NCBI GenBank assembly: GCA_963754655.1
Contig: CAVWGN010000001.1
Location: 1,952,001-2,016,000 of the forward strand
DNA from: an uncultured Chlamydiae bacterium
GTDB taxonomy: Bacteria; Chlamydiota; Chlamydiia; Chlamydiales; Parachlamydiaceae
Length of the DNA stretch: 64,000 bases
Reading direction: 5' to 3'
Made by a program: the position numbers and the translations under genes. This document shows, piece by piece, positions 61,900-64,000 of the stretch. Under the pieces are notes generated by a model. The model was not told where the DNA came from and did no database searches. It worked only from the letters and a program-made list of their open reading frames with translations. The first letter of the stretch is position 1. Every line of letters begins with the position of its first letter.

Positions 61900-63591
61900 T
61901 TACAAATGCGACGGCTGCCAACCTACCTGTATCTGTGTTGCAGAAAATTTTTGAATTGCTTGTCCGGTGATATAAGGACAATCAAAGAGGCTAAGTTTTT
62001 TCAGATTTTTATGATTAATTAGAACTTTCACTCCTTCATTTGTTATCTCCCTGCAAAAGTCTAATCTCAATTCAATAATAGAATCAGGAAGCTGAGTTAA
62101 TCCTGCATCAGTGATCCTTGACCCTGCGACGGAAAGCTCTTTTAAGTCTTTCATTTGATTAATCTTTTTTAAAGCAACATCACTCAAATTGCATTCTGAT
62201 AAATCTAACGAGTAAAAAGAATTTGAGAGAAATTCTACATACTCATCTTTAAAAGGGGTACTAGCCAGAACAAGATGCCGCAAATGAGAAAGTTCGCTTA
62301 ACCGTTTTGCTGTTTTTTCTTCTACTCCTTTACATAGACGCAGGTCAAGGGCTTCGAGCTGATCGGGCAATTCAGCCAAATCACTATCCATTAGTTGATT
62401 GCAACCCGTGATATCTAAATTACGAACATGTGTATGTTGAAGATTTATAAGTCCATTCTTAGTAAAATTTGTACATCCAGCAACAGATAAACTGTCTACA
62501 TGACTTGGGATTTTTGAAAGCGCGGCATCATTAATCCATTGGCAGCCGCCCAGTTTCAGGGATTTAATGGCGGGTATTGTCTCAATAATGGATAGCGCAT
62601 TCAGAGTTAATTGATGACAATTTAATAATTCCAATTCATTTAGAGGAAAATCCTTTAAAACTAGAAGGGCATCATCAGTGAGACTTATTCCAGACAAAGA
62701 GAGGGTGATAGGACTCTTGAGGTTCTCTTGAAAATAAACTAATTTTTCCAAAAATGCTTGAGGAATGGGTTGTTGGATTAAAGCCTCCCGAAACATTTTG
62801 GACACGTATTTTTCCAATTGATAAATGATTGTCTGATTTTTTTCTTTATTCAAGTTATTTAATAAAAAAACGATCGTTTGGATATCAATTTTAGGAAAAA
62901 TATATCTTTTGCATTCATCTATCAATTCTGAGATCTGCAATTCCACCCCCGCATACATTAGAGGAAAGGCATTTTTTTCGTTAATAAATGCAGGTTCAGA
63001 GGTTTGGAGAAAAGCCATCAATGAATCCAATTCGTGCGAATTTAGCCAAGGCAAAGATAGAAAATCTATCTTTTCATTTCTTTTAATTTTAAGGCGTATT
63101 TTCTCTGAAAAATAGGCCAAAAGCCCAAGGCTTACCTCGACATTCAAGCCTTCTTTCAATTGGACCACAAGAGATTTGAAATAAATACGACATGGGGTGT
63201 TGTCATGCTTCAATAAGGCGATTGGAACGGGATATTTTTGATTTCCATGAATAATTGCTTTGATTTCAGAATTGCGGACTAGATTTTTGACGGGCTGGAT
63301 TCTTTTTTGAAGACTTTCAATGCGAGTCGGCTGGAGATTAAATAGTTTTTGAAAAAGCATTGTGATTTTTTCTTGTTTTTCTAGCGGCAACTTCTCCTTC
63401 ATGGAATAGAATGCCCCTGTTAAGTGGCATAGTCGCGGCAACGATTGTTTGTCACTTTTCAACGCTGGAAAATAATCAAGAAGACCAATGAGTTGATCTG
63501 TACACTTAAAAAGATTTGTTTGATCAGAAAAATAAAGTTGTTCGAGTTGGCTAACCCTTCCTCGAGCTTGAAGTAAGCTATTAATATTCAA
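61900..63591 (-). CDS. BTB/POZ-like + leucine-rich-repeat protein (putative effector)
   Basis: LLAYFSEKI..LMAFLQT..INEKNAFPLMYAGVELQISELIDECKRYI BTB-like; C-terminal LxxLxLxxCxxITD LRRs. Confidence 0.75.
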   Translation of the reverse strand: MNINSLLQARGRVSQLEQLYFSDQTNLFKCTDQLIGLLDYFPALKSDKQSLPRLCHLTGAFYSMKEKLPLEKQEKITMLFQKLFNLQPTRIESLQKRIQPVKNLVRNSEIKAIIHGNQKYPVPIALLKHDNTPCRIYFKSLVVQLKEGLNVEVSLGLLAYFSEKIRLKIKRNEKIDFLSLPWLNSHELDSLMAFLQTSEPAFINEKNAFPLMYAGVELQISELIDECKRYIFPKIDIQTIVFLLNNLNKEKNQTIIYQLEKYVSKMFREALIQQPIPQAFLEKLVYFQENLKSPITLSLSGISLTDDALLVLKDFPLNELELLNCHQLTLNALSIIETIPAIKSLKLGGCQWINDAALSKIPSHVDSLSVAGCTNFTKNGLINLQHTHVRNLDITGCNQLMDSDLAELPDQLEALDLRLCKGVEEKTAKRLSELSHLRHLVLASTPFKDEYVEFLSNSFYSLDLSECNLSDVALKKINQMKDLKELSVAGSRITDAGLTQLPDSIIELRLDFCREITNEGVKVLINHKNLKKLSLFDCPYITGQAIQKFSATQIQVGWQPSHL

Positions 63592-63646
63592 AGCAATTCT
63601 CTCTAGTTAAATTATTTTGTAAATTCGATATCTTATGCCTGCTTTT

Positions 63647-64000
63647 CTAGTACTTAACCACATGAGTTTTTGCCTATTGGATGGTTTAAATTACTAGGTG
63701 TTAAGGTAAGAGATGAGCGTAGGCTAAGCGACGCATTCAGTCGCCCGCCGCTTCGCTCTGGGCTCTAGGACCCACCGTTCGGTCGCCCTCCGAGCTCGGT
63801 CACAGTGGGCTAGAATCAGTCGTCCTCCGGACTCTAGCAGCATTATCAAAACGCCTTGACTAGTACTTTATTTTTTAAATACTTTGATTTATAATAATTA
63901 TAAACAAGAGGGTTATATGAAATCTGCGACCATTTAAATGGAATTTTGCAGGTTTTTCGGCAAAAGTATAAACCAAGTTATTTAAAAAAATAAAGTACTA
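63647..64000. mobile_element. Nested palindromic cluster: degenerate C end, D/E half, AT-rich CTAGTACT-ended element 'I'
   Basis: CTAGTACTTAACCACAT 63647; TAAGAGATGAGCG.. 63707; E arm; CTAGTACTTTATTTTTTAAATA...TATTTAAAAAAATAAAGTACTA 63860-64000. Confidence 0.8.

Overview
AT-rich bacterial chromosome segment. Gene content and order (accC-accB-efp-rpe; rpsA-nusA-infB-rbfA-truB-ribF; F-box/BTB/LRR proteins) point to an environmental chlamydia, Parachlamydiaceae-like (inference). Core housekeeping blocks and four tRNA genes alternate with accessory regions. Highlights: (1) At least six families of short, almost fully palindromic non-autonomous elements are nested inside each other. A ~660-bp three-part composite occurs at two loci 30 kb apart, each with its own 9-bp flanking direct repeat, and a 166-bp element occurs as two isomers whose central loop is flipped relative to its arms. 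(2) A cobalamin riboswitch precedes an nrdB-nrdA operon whose R2 subunit has Leu in place of the radical tyrosine (class Ic-like). (3) Five tandem F-box-like + 25-aa-repeat (DUF4116-like) paralogs carry hypervariable repeat positions, and one has a promoter VNTR. (4) There are degraded IS5-, ISAs1- and IS1202-like elements and a degraded toxin-antitoxin pair. Frameshifts in rpsA, nusA and infB are most likely sequencing/assembly errors, so single-base details elsewhere need read-level confirmation. All calls were made by eye; no database searches were run.
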